DNA of 40,371 nt from Verrucomicrobiota bacterium (GCA_039798785.1 JBDKFG010000043.1:1-40371); one strand, 5' to 3'. Counted from the stretch's first letter, positions 17,411 through 27,106 are shown. The notes: a model not told the origin generated them from the sequence alone. A program made the numbers and translations.

Positions 17411-17488
17411 ATACAGTTTTTTAATTTAAGGCTCGAGTGACTGATGAAGCGGCACTCGAGCCCGAGGCTCGAGGCAGCGCTATCGAGA

Positions 17489-17845
17489 TCAGCGGGGTTT
17501 GAGAGCGAGGGCGAAGCGGTTGCCTTCGGGGTCGGCGAAAACTTCCGATTTCAGGCCGACGGGGGGGGCGGAGACTTTCAGAGGCTCGGATCCGGCTTGG
17601 GAAAGGCGCTGCTTGACAGCCTCGTAGTCGGTGGTGTAATACACCCAGACGATGGAGGAGCCCTTCTGCTGATCGGCCTTGGCCTGATGGCGGAGGCCGA
17701 GGATGAGGCCGTTGTCGAGCTGGAATTCGATCCAGTGGTTCGAATCGACGACCGGAGAGCCAAGACCGATGGTCTCGCGATAGAACTGCCGGGCGCGATC
17801 GAGATTGTCGACGCTGATGATGATGCCGTAGGAGCGATCGTTCAT
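17489..17845 (-). CDS. VOC (glyoxalase/bleomycin resistance) family protein
   Basis: ISVDNLDRARQFYRETIGL...FADPEGNRFAL. Confidence 0.88.
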   Translation of the reverse strand: MNDRSYGIIISVDNLDRARQFYRETIGLGSPVVDSNHWIEFQLDNGLILGLRHQAKADQQKGSSIVWVYYTTDYEAVKQRLSQAGSEPLKVSAPPVGLKSEVFADPEGNRFALALKPR

Positions 17846-17933
17846 GGTTGACCGTAATGCAGAAAGGTTTGAGAGGGCCGGGAAGTCCCGGCGGACGGCG
17901 CTAAGGTAAGTGCTCTGTTCAGAAAGGCAAAAG

Positions 17934-18857
17934 ATGCGCCCCAATACTCATGATGAAAAACGTCTTCTCGGCGGCCGCAAGGCCGAAGACCAGTCGCGGC
18001 GCCGTTCGGTGATGATGATAGCCGCCGGCTGGGCTCTGGCCTTCGGGCTCCTCTCCTTCAGCCTGTTGCTCCTCACTCATGGCGCCCGCCGACTCTTCCT
18101 CACCGGCAACCCGCAATTCACCTTGAAAAACCTCGAGATCGTCGCGGCGATGAAGGGCGACAAGCTGGTCCTTACCGACGTCGAAGGTCTCGAGGAAAGC
18201 CTGTCCCAGAACATCAAGAATTTCGAGAAGGGGCGGGTCAACCTTTTCAACCTTGACGTCGCAGCGATCCGCGAGGTGACGATGAAGCTGCCGGCGACCC
18301 GCAGCTGCATCGTCGAGCGCATCCTTCCGGACACTCTACGGATCTCAATCTTCGAGAAACGCCCAGTCGCCCGCGTCATATCCGAAGGTGGCCCGATGCT
18401 GTGCTCGCTAGACGGCATGATCCTGCCCAAGAGCGACGGCAATTTCGACAGCCTGCCGACGATCCAGCCTGGCAAGACGGCGGACGGCAAGATTCCTCGT
18501 TTCTCGCCCGGCTCGGAAGTTCAGGATCCCGCCGTCCTCTCCGCCCTGCGTTACCTCAGGCACTCAAGCACCTGGTGGCGCGAATTCGACGGAAGCAAGG
18601 TCTTTCCTGAGAGTCTCTTCACTCCGACCTTCATCCGAGTCAGCCCAGACGGCCTCAAGCTTCTGGTGCAGGTCGACGCCAAGCCCGACTGCCGTCTGGA
18701 GAAGGGAGTCACCCTGCATCTCAACAACAGCTCACCGGTCGAAATGGAGCTAAGCGTCAAGCGTGCCGTCGACTGGGTTCTGCACAATCGCGACGAAGGC
18801 GGCAAGATAGTGACCGAATACATCGAAGCGACGATGAAGGCGACCGCCGGAAAATGA
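17934..18857 (+). CDS. FtsQ/DivIB-like protein (TM + POTRA domain)
   Basis: Basic N-terminus, one TM helix, NPQFTLKNLEI, NLFNLDV, VERILPDTLRISIFEKRPVA; C-terminus divergent. Confidence 0.75.
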   Translation: MRPNTHDEKRLLGGRKAEDQSRRRSVMMIAAGWALAFGLLSFSLLLLTHGARRLFLTGNPQFTLKNLEIVAAMKGDKLVLTDVEGLEESLSQNIKNFEKGRVNLFNLDVAAIREVTMKLPATRSCIVERILPDTLRISIFEKRPVARVISEGGPMLCSLDGMILPKSDGNFDSLPTIQPGKTADGKIPRFSPGSEVQDPAVLSALRYLRHSSTWWREFDGSKVFPESLFTPTFIRVSPDGLKLLVQVDAKPDCRLEKGVTLHLNNSSPVEMELSVKRAVDWVLHNRDEGGKIVTEYIEATMKATAGK

Positions 18858-19339
18858 AAAAGATCGCCAAAGCCAGCATCCTCGCGCCCCTGCCGACCAT
18901 GCACGCCGGAGCCGGCTGCTGCGCCGAGCACAGCCACCGCGACACCATCGACAGCTCCGCTCCACTCGGGGAGCGCAAGACCAAGCAGCGCCAGGCGATC
19001 GTCGACGTCTTGCGTGCGGCTGAAGGCCCCTTGAGCGTCCAGGAGATACTGCTCGCCTGCGAAGGTCACCTCGGCATCGCCACGGTGTACCGCAACATCA
19101 AGCTTCTCACCGAAAGCCGCCAGGTGCAGACGGTATCTCTGCCTGACGGCACTCACCGCTATGAAATCTGCCCCGGACGGCACCATCATCATTTCCAGTG
19201 CCGCAGCTGCGGCAAGGTCCTCGATCTCGACGGATGCTTCCTCGGCGAGGCGGCGATCGAGCTGCCGGGGGGGCACCGCGCCGAAAGCCACGAAATCACC
19301 TTCAGCGGCATCTGCGCCGCCTGCCGCAAGAATGCCTGA
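18854..19339 (+). CDS. Fur family transcriptional regulator (Zur-like)
   Basis: TKQRQAI, LGIATVYRNIKLL, HHHHFQCRSCG, GICAAC; an alternative start at 18899 is possible. Confidence 0.92.
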   Translation: MKKIAKASILAPLPTMHAGAGCCAEHSHRDTIDSSAPLGERKTKQRQAIVDVLRAAEGPLSVQEILLACEGHLGIATVYRNIKLLTESRQVQTVSLPDGTHRYEICPGRHHHHFQCRSCGKVLDLDGCFLGEAAIELPGGHRAESHEITFSGICAACRKNA

Positions 19340-19622
19340 AGCAAAAGCGCGACGAGGTCTCTTCAGCGAGATGCCGCAGCCACGGGACGAAAGCGGGCTG
19401 AAACCAATCTTTCAACCCGGACTCCGCATCTGTGACCGGCAGCCCCGCGACCCCCTCGGGATCGAAATTCAAAACCCTCTGTGTTCCAGATGATTCTCAG
19501 GCACGACTCAACCCTGGGCTAAAATCCGCATCTTCTTCGGGAGCTCACTAAGCTTGAGCTCAGATAAGCCCAGCTGTGGACTCCAGGTTCGACTAACGAC
19601 CTCTGTTTTCTAGATTTTCGCG

Positions 19623-20039
19623 TCAATCAGCCGTCCCCTCGCCGTCATCCCTGGGCGTCAAGGCCGGCTGCTGCACCAGCTTCTGTTCCCGGGCGGCGAA
19701 ACGAGCCATCAGCCGCAGTGCTTGGAAATAGGCAGCAGTGGCGATCAGGGTGGCGAGTCCCTCGACCGCGACGCGCCAGCTCGAATCCTGAAGCAGGATG
19801 CCGGGGAGGAGGCCTGCGCCGGAGGCGAGGAAGCCGACGAGTACGGGAAGGGCGGCGGCTCGGCTCCTGCCGAGAAAAAGAAGCAGCCCGGCGACCAGAT
19901 CGGCGGCGACGAGAATCCGGAAGACGCAGGAATGATCGCCGCACCAGGCGAGATCAGCATAGATGAGAAACCGGAGCAGCAGCACGAGTCCGATGCTGCG
20001 CGGGATGCGGGCAATGCGTTCCTCTTCCCGGCTCAGCAT
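19623..20039 (-). CDS. hypothetical membrane protein
   Basis: About four hydrophobic segments; starts 3 bp after the TrmH stop. Confidence 0.65.
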   Translation of the reverse strand: MLSREEERIARIPRSIGLVLLLRFLIYADLAWCGDHSCVFRILVAADLVAGLLLFLGRSRAAALPVLVGFLASGAGLLPGILLQDSSWRVAVEGLATLIATAAYFQALRLMARFAAREQKLVQQPALTPRDDGEGTAD

Positions 20040-20042
20040 GGC

Positions 20043-20843
20043 TCAGCCGCGGCGGCCGCGCTGACGAACCGCCTCGTAGAGGATCAGAGTGGTGGCGGTG
20101 GCGACGTTGAGCGAATCAGCCTTCCCGAGCATCGGGATGCGAACGTTGATCGTCGATTCCTTCATCCACTCCTCGGTCAATCCGTACTGCTCGGCGCCGA
20201 CGACGACGGCCACCGGGCCGGTCATGTCGACATCGGTGTACATCGTCGTCGCATGGGGAGTGGCGGACAGGATGGCGATGCCGCGGCTTTTCAGCCATTT
20301 CAAAGTGTCATTGGTGCCGGCCTCGGCGATGGGCAGAGCGAAGCACATGCCGGTGGAAGCAGTGATGACGTTGGGATTCCACAAGTCAGTGCAGCGGTCA
20401 CAGAGGATCAAGGCGTCGGCCCCGGTGCCGTCGGCGGAACGGATGATGGTGCCGAGATTACCGGGCTTTTCGATCGACTGAGCGACGATGAGCAGGGGCG
20501 AAGGCCCAAGCTTGAGATCGTCGAGCTTGCGATTGAGATAGGGCGCCACGGCGAGAAGACCCTCCGGGCGCTCGCGATAGCTCATCTTCTGGAACACCGG
20601 CGGGGTGCATTGGAAGATCGCGGCGCCAGCAGCACGGCAGCGTTCGACCAAGGCGTCTTCGTTGTCCCCGAGGTAGAAACCGGGACATGTGTAGACTTCC
20701 TTGGGGAAGACGCCATTGTCGACAGCTCGGATCAGGGATCTATAGCCTTCGATCAGCATCATGCCTTCCCGGTCCCGGTCACGCCTCTCGCGGAGACGGA
20801 CGATGGATTTGACTCGGTCGTTTTGCAGGCTGGTGAGAATCAT
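20043..20843 (-). CDS. TrmH/SpoU family RNA methyltransferase
   Basis: MILTSLQN, IEKPGNLGTIIRSAD, VGAEQYGL, IPMLGKADSLNVA. Confidence 0.95.
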   Translation of the reverse strand: MILTSLQNDRVKSIVRLRERRDRDREGMMLIEGYRSLIRAVDNGVFPKEVYTCPGFYLGDNEDALVERCRAAGAAIFQCTPPVFQKMSYRERPEGLLAVAPYLNRKLDDLKLGPSPLLIVAQSIEKPGNLGTIIRSADGTGADALILCDRCTDLWNPNVITASTGMCFALPIAEAGTNDTLKWLKSRGIAILSATPHATTMYTDVDMTGPVAVVVGAEQYGLTEEWMKESTINVRIPMLGKADSLNVATATTLILYEAVRQRGRRG

Positions 20844-20866
20844 GGGCTCATCTGGGGAAAAAAAAT

Positions 20867-20942
20867 TGGTGGCGGGAGCCGGGGTCGAACCGGCGACACA
20901 GGGATTTTCAGTCCCTTGCTCTACCAACTGAGCTATCCCGCC
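20867..20942 (-). tRNA. tRNA-Phe (GAA)
   Basis: GGCGGGATAGCTCAGTTGGTAGAGCAAGGGACTGAAAATCCCTGTGTCGCCGGTTCGACCCCGGCTCCCGCCACCA: 76 nt, full cloverleaf, CCA encoded. Confidence 0.98.
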
Positions 20943-20980
20943 ACACTTTGTTTCGCAGCCTGGGCCGCAGAACGGTGTAG

Positions 20981-21008
20981 AGGATACTGCCCTTTCTGGG
21001 ATCGTCAA
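20981..21008 (-). promoter_or_regulatory. putative sigma70 promoter of tRNA-Phe
   Basis: TTGACG-N16-TATCCT on the minus strand. Confidence 0.65.
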
Positions 21009-21089
21009 AGCGAGTCGAGACGATTTCTGAAGTTTTTCCTGTGAATTCCGGCCCCAGGCGAATCGTGCTTGCGCCATTAGATTTCCTCC

Positions 21090-21809
21090 ATGTCCAGAAA
21101 ACTTCTGCTTTCCATCGGCAACACCCACGCCGTCCTGGCTTCACCGGGACTGGCCTGGTCCCGGCGCGTCCCCACCGCCTCTCTCGGCGAAGCTCCCCTG
21201 GATGAACTTGTCGAGCCCTGCCGCGTCCTCTGCGCAGGCGTCGTCCCGGCCCTGCGCGACCAGCTGGCGCGCCATCATCCGGACGCTCATTTCCGCTTTC
21301 TCTCCGCCGCCGACTTCCATGGCCTGCTCGATCTCGAAGGGATACGAGGCATCGGGATGGACCGGCTTTGCAACGCCGTCGCCGCGCTGGAGCTTCTGCC
21401 CCTGCCTGCCCTCGTGATCGACTGCGGAACCTGCCTCACCGGCACGGCGGTCGCTCCGGGCGGCAAGGTCCTGGGCGGATTCATCCTTCCCGGCCGGAGA
21501 CTGGCCCGTTCGGCCCTCGCAAGCGGCACCGGGCAATTGCCCGAGGTGCCGCTGAGCAGCGAGATACCAAAGCTTCTCGGCGAGGACACAGCCGCCGCGA
21601 TCCGATCCGGCATCGACCTCGGTTCGGTCGAAGCCGTCAAAGGCCTGGCCTCGCTCGCGGCAGGTGCCGGCCAGCAGGTCTTCCTCACCGGGGGAGACGC
21701 CCCCTGGTTCCTACAGAACAGCGGCCTCTCGGCAGCTCCTGCCGAGTTCACCCTCCGCGGCCTCGACCGCGTCCATCATCACCTCAGCCAAGTCCGGAAC
21801 GCCCCATGA
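21090..21809 (+). CDS. coaX: type III pantothenate kinase
   Basis: SIGNT, GMDR, VIDCGTCLT, GGFILPG, DTAAAIRSG, LTGGDA. Confidence 0.9.
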   Translation: MSRKLLLSIGNTHAVLASPGLAWSRRVPTASLGEAPLDELVEPCRVLCAGVVPALRDQLARHHPDAHFRFLSAADFHGLLDLEGIRGIGMDRLCNAVAALELLPLPALVIDCGTCLTGTAVAPGGKVLGGFILPGRRLARSALASGTGQLPEVPLSSEIPKLLGEDTAAAIRSGIDLGSVEAVKGLASLAAGAGQQVFLTGGDAPWFLQNSGLSAAPAEFTLRGLDRVHHHLSQVRNAP

Positions 21810-22552
21810 AACTTCTTCGCATCAGCGCCTGCGTCGCCCTCCTCAGCCTCAGCTCCGCCTGCAGCAGCCTCAACAGCAGCAAGGCCGCGCTCGGCCTCGA
21901 CACCACCCGCCACCTCTTCAACGGCAACAATCTCGACAACTGGGAGGGTGACACCCAGGCCTTCGTCATCGTCGACGGCAGCGAACTGCGGGTGAAGACC
22001 GGCGTGACCGCAGGCAATCTCTACTCGAAGGAGACCTTCAGCGACTTCCTTCTCACCTTCGAATTCAAGCTTGAAGCGGGGGGTCACAGCGGCATCGCCC
22101 TGCGCAGCGCCCCGCCCGGCGGCGACAGCCAGTCCGGCGACGCCGGCAGCAGCAGCAAGGCGATGGAACTGTTCAGGGCCTACGACCCCGCCGCGGCTGC
22201 GGGCCGCGGCGACCTGTCGCAGTCGGCGATGGAGATCAACCTGATCGACGACTACTTCCCTGAATACGCCGATCTTCGCGAATGGCAGTACAGCGGCTCC
22301 CTGGTCGGGGTCAAGGCAGCCCGCCGCGGCAGCCTGCAACCAGCAGGGAAATGGAACACCTGCACCATCCAGGTCAAAGGACGCCAGATCGCGGTCATGA
22401 TCAACAGCGTCGTCATCTGCGAATCCAACCTCGACATGGACATCGCGGAAGGCAACTTCGCCCGCGGCAAGAACCGCCGATCCGGCCACATCGCCCTCTC
22501 AGCCCCGAGCCGAGGCATCACCTTCCGCAACATCCTGGTGAAGGACTTGTGA
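21806..22552 (+). CDS. DUF1080 family lipoprotein
   Basis: Lipobox-like LSSAC, LFNGNNLDNW, HSGIALR, WNTCTI, GHIAL, FRNILVKDL. Confidence 0.85.
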   Translation: MKLLRISACVALLSLSSACSSLNSSKAALGLDTTRHLFNGNNLDNWEGDTQAFVIVDGSELRVKTGVTAGNLYSKETFSDFLLTFEFKLEAGGHSGIALRSAPPGGDSQSGDAGSSSKAMELFRAYDPAAAAGRGDLSQSAMEINLIDDYFPEYADLREWQYSGSLVGVKAARRGSLQPAGKWNTCTIQVKGRQIAVMINSVVICESNLDMDIAEGNFARGKNRRSGHIALSAPSRGITFRNILVKDL

Positions 22553-23103
22553 TGGAATCGATCAGATACACGGGACGCTGGCTCACCTTTCACGACGACC
22601 GAGGCTGGGAATACGTGTCTCGCGCCGGCAACACCTACGGCGTCATGGTCGTCCCCTTCAGCAGCCGCAAGGAAACCGTCCTGGTCGAACAGCTGCGCCG
22701 TCCCTTCGGCAAGAAATGCATCGAATTCCCGGCCGGACTGGTCGGCGACATCGCGCCGGAGAACTCCGCCCATGCCGCTGCCCGCGAACTCGAAGAGGAG
22801 ACCGGTTTCCGCGCCACCCGCTACGAACTGGTCGCCCACGGCACCCCCTCGCCCGGGCTCAGCAACGAACTGATGGATGTCTACCTCGCCACCGGCCTGG
22901 ACCGGATCGGCAAGGGCGGCGGCATCCACGATGAAGACATCGCCGTCCATGTCGTCCCACTGGCGCAGATCGAGAACTTCCTCGACAGCTGCCGGGATCG
23001 CGGCTGCGTCATCGACCTGAAGGTCTACGCCGGCCTGCACTTCCTGCGCCGCCACGGCGACCAGGCCCTCGGCGCCGGCGTCGATGCCGGACTGCAAGGA
23101 TGA
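22552..23103 (+). CDS. NUDIX hydrolase (ADP-ribose pyrophosphatase-like)
   Basis: EFPAGLVG...[18 protein letters not shown]. Confidence 0.92.
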   Translation: MESIRYTGRWLTFHDDRGWEYVSRAGNTYGVMVVPFSSRKETVLVEQLRRPFGKKCIEFPAGLVGDIAPENSAHAAARELEEETGFRATRYELVAHGTPSPGLSNELMDVYLATGLDRIGKGGGIHDEDIAVHVVPLAQIENFLDSCRDRGCVIDLKVYAGLHFLRRHGDQALGAGVDAGLQG

Positions 23104-23137
23104 ACCTCCCTCCCCCACCGCAAACCCGGAGCTCCAG

Positions 23138-24073
23138 ATGAACGCACTCGAATCCCTCGCCGCCCTGACCACCGTCGTCGCCGACACCGGCGATGTCGAA
23201 GCGATCCGCAAGGTCAAGCCCACCGACGCCACAACCAACCCTTCGCTCATCCTCGCCGCGGCGCAGATGCCCGCCTACCAGCCTCTCGTCGACGACGCCG
23301 TCGCCTACGGCCGCGCCAAGGGCCTGGGCGCTGCGATGGACAAGATCGCCGTCAACTTCGGCTGCGAGATCCTCAAGATCGTCCCCCGCTACGTCTCGAC
23401 CGAGGTCGACGCCCGCCTCTCCTTCGACACCGCCGGGACACTGGCCAAGGCCCGTGAGATCGTCGCCCTCTACGCCGCCGCCGGGGTCCCCAAGGACCGC
23501 ATCCTGATCAAGATCGCCTCGACCTGGGAGGGCATCAAGGCTGCGGAAATCCTCGAGGAGGAAGGCATCCGCTGCAACCTGACCCTGCTCTTCGGATTCG
23601 GCCAGGCAGTGGCCTGCGCCGAGGCGGGAGTCTACCTGATCTCGCCCTTCGTCGGCCGCATCCTCGACTGGTACAAGAAGGCCGAAGGCCGTGATTACAC
23701 CGCGGAAGAGGATCCCGGAGTCCTCTCGGTTCGCCGAATCTACGCCTACTACAAGACTTACGGATACAAGACCGTGGTCATGGGCGCCTCCTTCCGCAAC
23801 ACCGGCGAGATCAAGGCTCTCGCCGGCTGCGATCTGCTCACCATAGGCCCTAAGCTGATCGAGGAACTGAGCGCCGACCCCGTCGCCGTCACCCGGCTTC
23901 TCTCCCCCGCACAGTCGCTCTCGCAAGACAGCAAGATCACCCTCGATGAAAAGACCTTCCGCTGGATGCTCAACGAGGACGCGATGGCGACCGAAAAGCT
24001 TTCCGAAGGCATCCGCAACTTCGCCAAGGACACGGTCAAGCTCGAGCAGATGGTGAAGGGGCGTCTGGCTTGA
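23138..24073 (+). CDS. tal: transaldolase
   Basis: [50 protein letters not shown]. Confidence 0.98.
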   Translation: MNALESLAALTTVVADTGDVEAIRKVKPTDATTNPSLILAAAQMPAYQPLVDDAVAYGRAKGLGAAMDKIAVNFGCEILKIVPRYVSTEVDARLSFDTAGTLAKAREIVALYAAAGVPKDRILIKIASTWEGIKAAEILEEEGIRCNLTLLFGFGQAVACAEAGVYLISPFVGRILDWYKKAEGRDYTAEEDPGVLSVRRIYAYYKTYGYKTVVMGASFRNTGEIKALAGCDLLTIGPKLIEELSADPVAVTRLLSPAQSLSQDSKITLDEKTFRWMLNEDAMATEKLSEGIRNFAKDTVKLEQMVKGRLA

Positions 24074-24408
24074 AGCCGCAGCTTCCTCTTCCTGTCGAGC
24101 CGCTGTCTCTCTCGGGACGGCGGCGCGCCTCGATCCTGGCAGTGGCTGTTTTTTCCGATCTCATCGGTGTTCCCGCTGAAGCCATCCTGCCTTTGATGAT
24201 CGCCATCGACGTGGTCACCGCTGCGATCCTCTTCCATCTTGCCGGCAGGCCGCGCTGGCTTCTGCCGATCCTCGCGGTGGAATGCATCCCCGCTCTCGGC
24301 ATGTTCCCGCTTTGGACTCTCGCCGCCAGCGCGCTCATCCTCAAGACGAAAAGCCCTGCCGCAGCTCCGCAAAAGGGCGAAACTGAAAGCGCCGACGGAA
24401 AAAAGTAA
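24070..24408 (+). CDS. hypothetical membrane protein
   Basis: TTG start overlapping the tal stop; hydrophobic, with IDVVTA...LLP...[13 protein letters not shown]. Confidence 0.65.
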   Translation: MKPQLPLPVEPLSLSGRRRASILAVAVFSDLIGVPAEAILPLMIAIDVVTAAILFHLAGRPRWLLPILAVECIPALGMFPLWTLAASALILKTKSPAAAPQKGETESADGKK

Positions 24409-24425
24409 AGGACGTCATGCGAAGC

Positions 24426-24452
24426 AAGCCGCGGCCGGGAGCCGCGGCTTTT
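24426..24452. terminator. intrinsic terminator between convergent genes
   Basis: AAGCCGCGGC-CGGGA-GCCGCGGCTTTT. Confidence 0.75.
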
Positions 24453-24468
24453 CCTCGCGAACTTGAAG

Positions 24469-25041
24469 TCAGAACTTGCCTGAAGCGGCCAATTCAAGAA
24501 CCTTCGGCAACTCATCCCAGGCGATCCCCTTGGAGATCAGCTTCCCATGGGCATCAACCAGAGCCGTCGAGGGGATGCCGCGGGAAGCGAACTGGCCGAG
24601 CTGGAAGGGTTTCTGCTCTTCCGGAGCGAGGCCGGGCCAGGGATGGGAGTGGCTGCTCATGTAGGCAAGCATCGAAGCCTTGTCGCGGTCGCGCCCCACG
24701 AGCACCACTTGGATGCCCGCTTTTTTCAAGACTTCATACTGCGCGATGAGTTTGGGGGTGAATTGAACACAAGGACCGCACCAGGAAGCGGAAAAGTAGA
24801 AAAGCGTCGCGCGCGCCTGGGGGAAATGGCTGGGCAGGGCGGGCGCATCGTTAAAATACACCAGCTTGGGCTGGAGCGAAGCGAGGTAGGCATTGGCCGG
24901 CGAGGCCGGCTTGGGCGCGGCGGCTGCGGGCTTCTCCGCCGGGGGCGGAGGCGGAGGTTGAACCGGAGCCTGGGGCGGCTGCGCCGGCTGACAACTGTTG
25001 AAAAGGAAGGCTCCAAGGAGAAGGCTGAAGACTTGGCGCAT
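24469..25041 (-). CDS. thioredoxin-like (nucleoredoxin/tryparedoxin-type) lipoprotein
   Basis: Lipobox-like FNSC, Pro/Ala linker, YFSASWCGPC, FTPKL, GIPS. Confidence 0.88.
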   Translation of the reverse strand: MRQVFSLLLGAFLFNSCQPAQPPQAPVQPPPPPPAEKPAAAAPKPASPANAYLASLQPKLVYFNDAPALPSHFPQARATLFYFSASWCGPCVQFTPKLIAQYEVLKKAGIQVVLVGRDRDKASMLAYMSSHSHPWPGLAPEEQKPFQLGQFASRGIPSTALVDAHGKLISKGIAWDELPKVLELAASGKF

Positions 25042-25167
25042 GAGGATCCTCCATTCATGGGGTTTGAGCTATGAAGTGCATACCGGAAGACGCAGCCGAA
25101 GACGATTTTACGCAAAACGCAAGAACCATCTCTGCGGCAGGCCACCGCAATCACATCCTACCTCGAC

Positions 25168-25734
25168 TCAAGCCCGGGAGGCCAGGACCTGCCCCAGACG
25201 GAGCCAGACTTCGTCGGCAACGGCTTCGACCGTGCCCTTGGCCTCGGTGCCGACGACGATGTCGTAGATAGCGCCGTCGGGCGGCAGCTTTTCCGATTCA
25301 TGACCGTCGGATACCGCCCAGGGGGCGTTGAGCCGAACGATGACGCCGCCGGTGCCGCGAACCGTGGTGATCTCGTTGGGGAAGCGCACGTCGTCGCACA
25401 TCACCACCGCGGCGGGGCTCGCTTCCGCCGCCGCGAACCATTTGTCAAGCCAGATGCTGGGGCGGTAATGACGAGCGGCGCAACCGATCTCCTGCAGGAG
25501 GTGCCGGCCTTTTTCATCCTTCACGCCATCCCAGAAAAACTCTTTGCGGCAAAGCTCCTTCAAGGGGCTGGCGAAGGAAAGGATCTGCGAGTCCAGCCCG
25601 ATGCGGGAGAAACGGCTTTGCAAGGCCTGGGCGACCGAAGTCTTGCCGCAAGTGGCGAAGCCGGCAAAACCGAGTTTGAACTTGCCAGGTCCGGCGGCCT
25701 GAAGGAAGGAGTCGCGGCTGTCCATTGGCTTCAT
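25168..25734 (-). CDS. deoxynucleoside monophosphate kinase-like P-loop protein (phage-type)
   Basis: GFAGFATCGKT, SFASPLKE, WDGVKDEKGRHLLQEIG, DDVRFPNE, HESE; GGAGG RBS before ATG 25734. Confidence 0.8.
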   Translation of the reverse strand: MKPMDSRDSFLQAAGPGKFKLGFAGFATCGKTSVAQALQSRFSRIGLDSQILSFASPLKELCRKEFFWDGVKDEKGRHLLQEIGCAARHYRPSIWLDKWFAAAEASPAAVVMCDDVRFPNEITTVRGTGGVIVRLNAPWAVSDGHESEKLPPDGAIYDIVVGTEAKGTVEAVADEVWLRLGQVLASRA

Positions 25735-25810
25735 CGGGGGCCTCCAAGGTTGCTTGAGCTTCGGCATACGCAGGAATTGCGCCGGAACGACTGTAACAAG
25801 GTAACAAGTA

Positions 25811-25838
25811 AGGAGCCGGCCCTTTCGGACCGGCCCCT
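25811..25838 (-). terminator. hairpin downstream of tRNA-Leu
   Basis: AGGGGCCGGTCC-GAAA-GGGCCGGCTCCT followed by TACTTGTT (weak U-tract). Confidence 0.6.
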
Positions 25839-25842
25839 GAAG

Positions 25843-25924
25843 TACTCGAGGCGGGACTTGAACCCGCACGGTGTTACCCACTAGAACCTGAATCTAGCGC
25901 GTCTGCCAATTTCGCCACCCGAGC
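25843..25924 (-). tRNA. tRNA-Leu (CAG), CCA not encoded
   Basis: GCTCGGGTGGCGAAATTGGCAGACGCGCTAGATTCAGGTTCTAGTGGGTAACACCGTGCGGGTTCAAGTCCCGCCTCGAGTA; long variable arm; followed by CTT. Confidence 0.96.
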
Positions 25925-25934
25925 AGCGGACCGT

Positions 25935-25962
25935 AGAATATCTCCGGCTCGCCCGGCGTCAA
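25935..25962 (-). promoter_or_regulatory. putative sigma70 promoter of tRNA-Leu
   Basis: TTGACG-N16-TATTCT, same pattern as the tRNA-Phe promoter. Confidence 0.65.
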
Positions 25963-26052
25963 GCCATCCACGGCAAAATATCCACTGTTTTTTCATTTCA
26001 GAGAATTTGCCGTCAGCGCAAAAAAGGAACACAATCGCGGCGGCGCCGGCCC

Positions 26053-26080
26053 TTGACCCGAGCTCACGCGACTCTAATTT
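26053..26080 (+). promoter_or_regulatory. putative sigma70 promoter of mdh
   Basis: TTGACC-N16-TAATTT upstream of the AGGAG RBS. Confidence 0.5.
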
Positions 26081-26106
26081 TAGAGACCCCAACCCTAGGA
26101 GCACAC

Positions 26107-27090
26107 ATGTCCAAACCCGTCCGCGTCGCAGTCACCGGTCCCGCCGGCCAAATCGGCTACAGCCTCCTCATCCGCATCGCCTCCGGCCAGATGTTCGGCC
26201 CCGAGACTCCGGTCATCCTGCAGCTTCTCGAAATCCCCAACGAGAAAGCTCTCGCCGCCCTCAACGGCGTCGTCATGGAGCTCCAGGACTGCGCCTTCCC
26301 CCTCGTTCGCGAAATCATCCAGACCTCCGACCCGATGGTCGGCTTCAAGGACGCCGACTGGGCCCTCCTCGTCGGCTCGAAGCCCCGCGGTCCCGGCATG
26401 GAGCGCGCCGACCTCCTGAAGGACAACGGCGCCATCTTCGTCGGCCAGGGCCAGGCGATCGACGCCGTCGCCTCCGCCGACTGCAAGGTCGTCGTCGTCG
26501 GCAACCCCTGCAACACCAACGCCATGATCGGCGCCAGCCAGTGCAAGCGCGTGCCCAAGACCAACTGGACCGCGATGGTCCGCCTCGACGAGAACCGCGC
26601 CAAGGCCCAGCTGGCCCTCAAGGCCGGCGTCGGCGTCGAGCAGGTCAGCAACACCTTCATCTTCGGCAACCACTCGCCCACCATGTACCCCGCCTTCCCC
26701 TTCGCCCGCATCGGCGCCCGCAAGGCCACCGAAGTGATCACCGACAAGGAATGGCTCGAGGGCGCCTACTGCGAAACCGTCGGCAAGCGCGGCGCCGCCA
26801 TCATCGCCGCCCGCGGCCTGTCCTCCGCCGCCTCGGCCGCCAACGCGCTCACCGACCACGTCCGCGACCTCAACACTCCCGGCAAGATCCACTCGATCGC
26901 CGTCGCCTCGGAAGGCCTCTACGGCTTCCACCCCAAGGTCTGGGCCGGCATGCCGGTGGTCACCACCGCCCCCGGCAAGTACGAAGTCATCAAGGACTTC
27001 GCCCTCACCGAATTCTGCAAGAAGAAGATCGCCGGCACCAACGACGAGCTGGTCGGCGAGTACGAGACCGTCAAGCACCTGCTCGGCTGA
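26107..27090 (+). CDS. mdh: malate dehydrogenase
   Basis: [58 protein letters not shown]. Confidence 0.98.
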   Translation: MSKPVRVAVTGPAGQIGYSLLIRIASGQMFGPETPVILQLLEIPNEKALAALNGVVMELQDCAFPLVREIIQTSDPMVGFKDADWALLVGSKPRGPGMERADLLKDNGAIFVGQGQAIDAVASADCKVVVVGNPCNTNAMIGASQCKRVPKTNWTAMVRLDENRAKAQLALKAGVGVEQVSNTFIFGNHSPTMYPAFPFARIGARKATEVITDKEWLEGAYCETVGKRGAAIIAARGLSSAASAANALTDHVRDLNTPGKIHSIAVASEGLYGFHPKVWAGMPVVTTAPGKYEVIKDFALTEFCKKKIAGTNDELVGEYETVKHLLG

Positions 27091-27106
27091 GATTCCCTGC
27101 AAAGCC

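Noticed and set aside
17430..17473. CTGATGA inside a GGCTCGAGTG...CACTCGAGCC hairpin, resembling a hammerhead ribozyme core
   Set aside because: No GAAA after a plausible stem II and no stem III/UH site; more likely a simple hairpin after the VOC gene.
25769..25785. sigma54-like CGGCGC-N5-CTGCG upstream of the dNMP kinase (minus strand)
   Set aside because: Only the GG-N10-GC core matches, which is frequent by chance at this GC content.
20867..25924. Genomic island between or at the two tRNAs
   Set aside because: The intervening genes are housekeeping with host-like composition; no integrase or att duplication.
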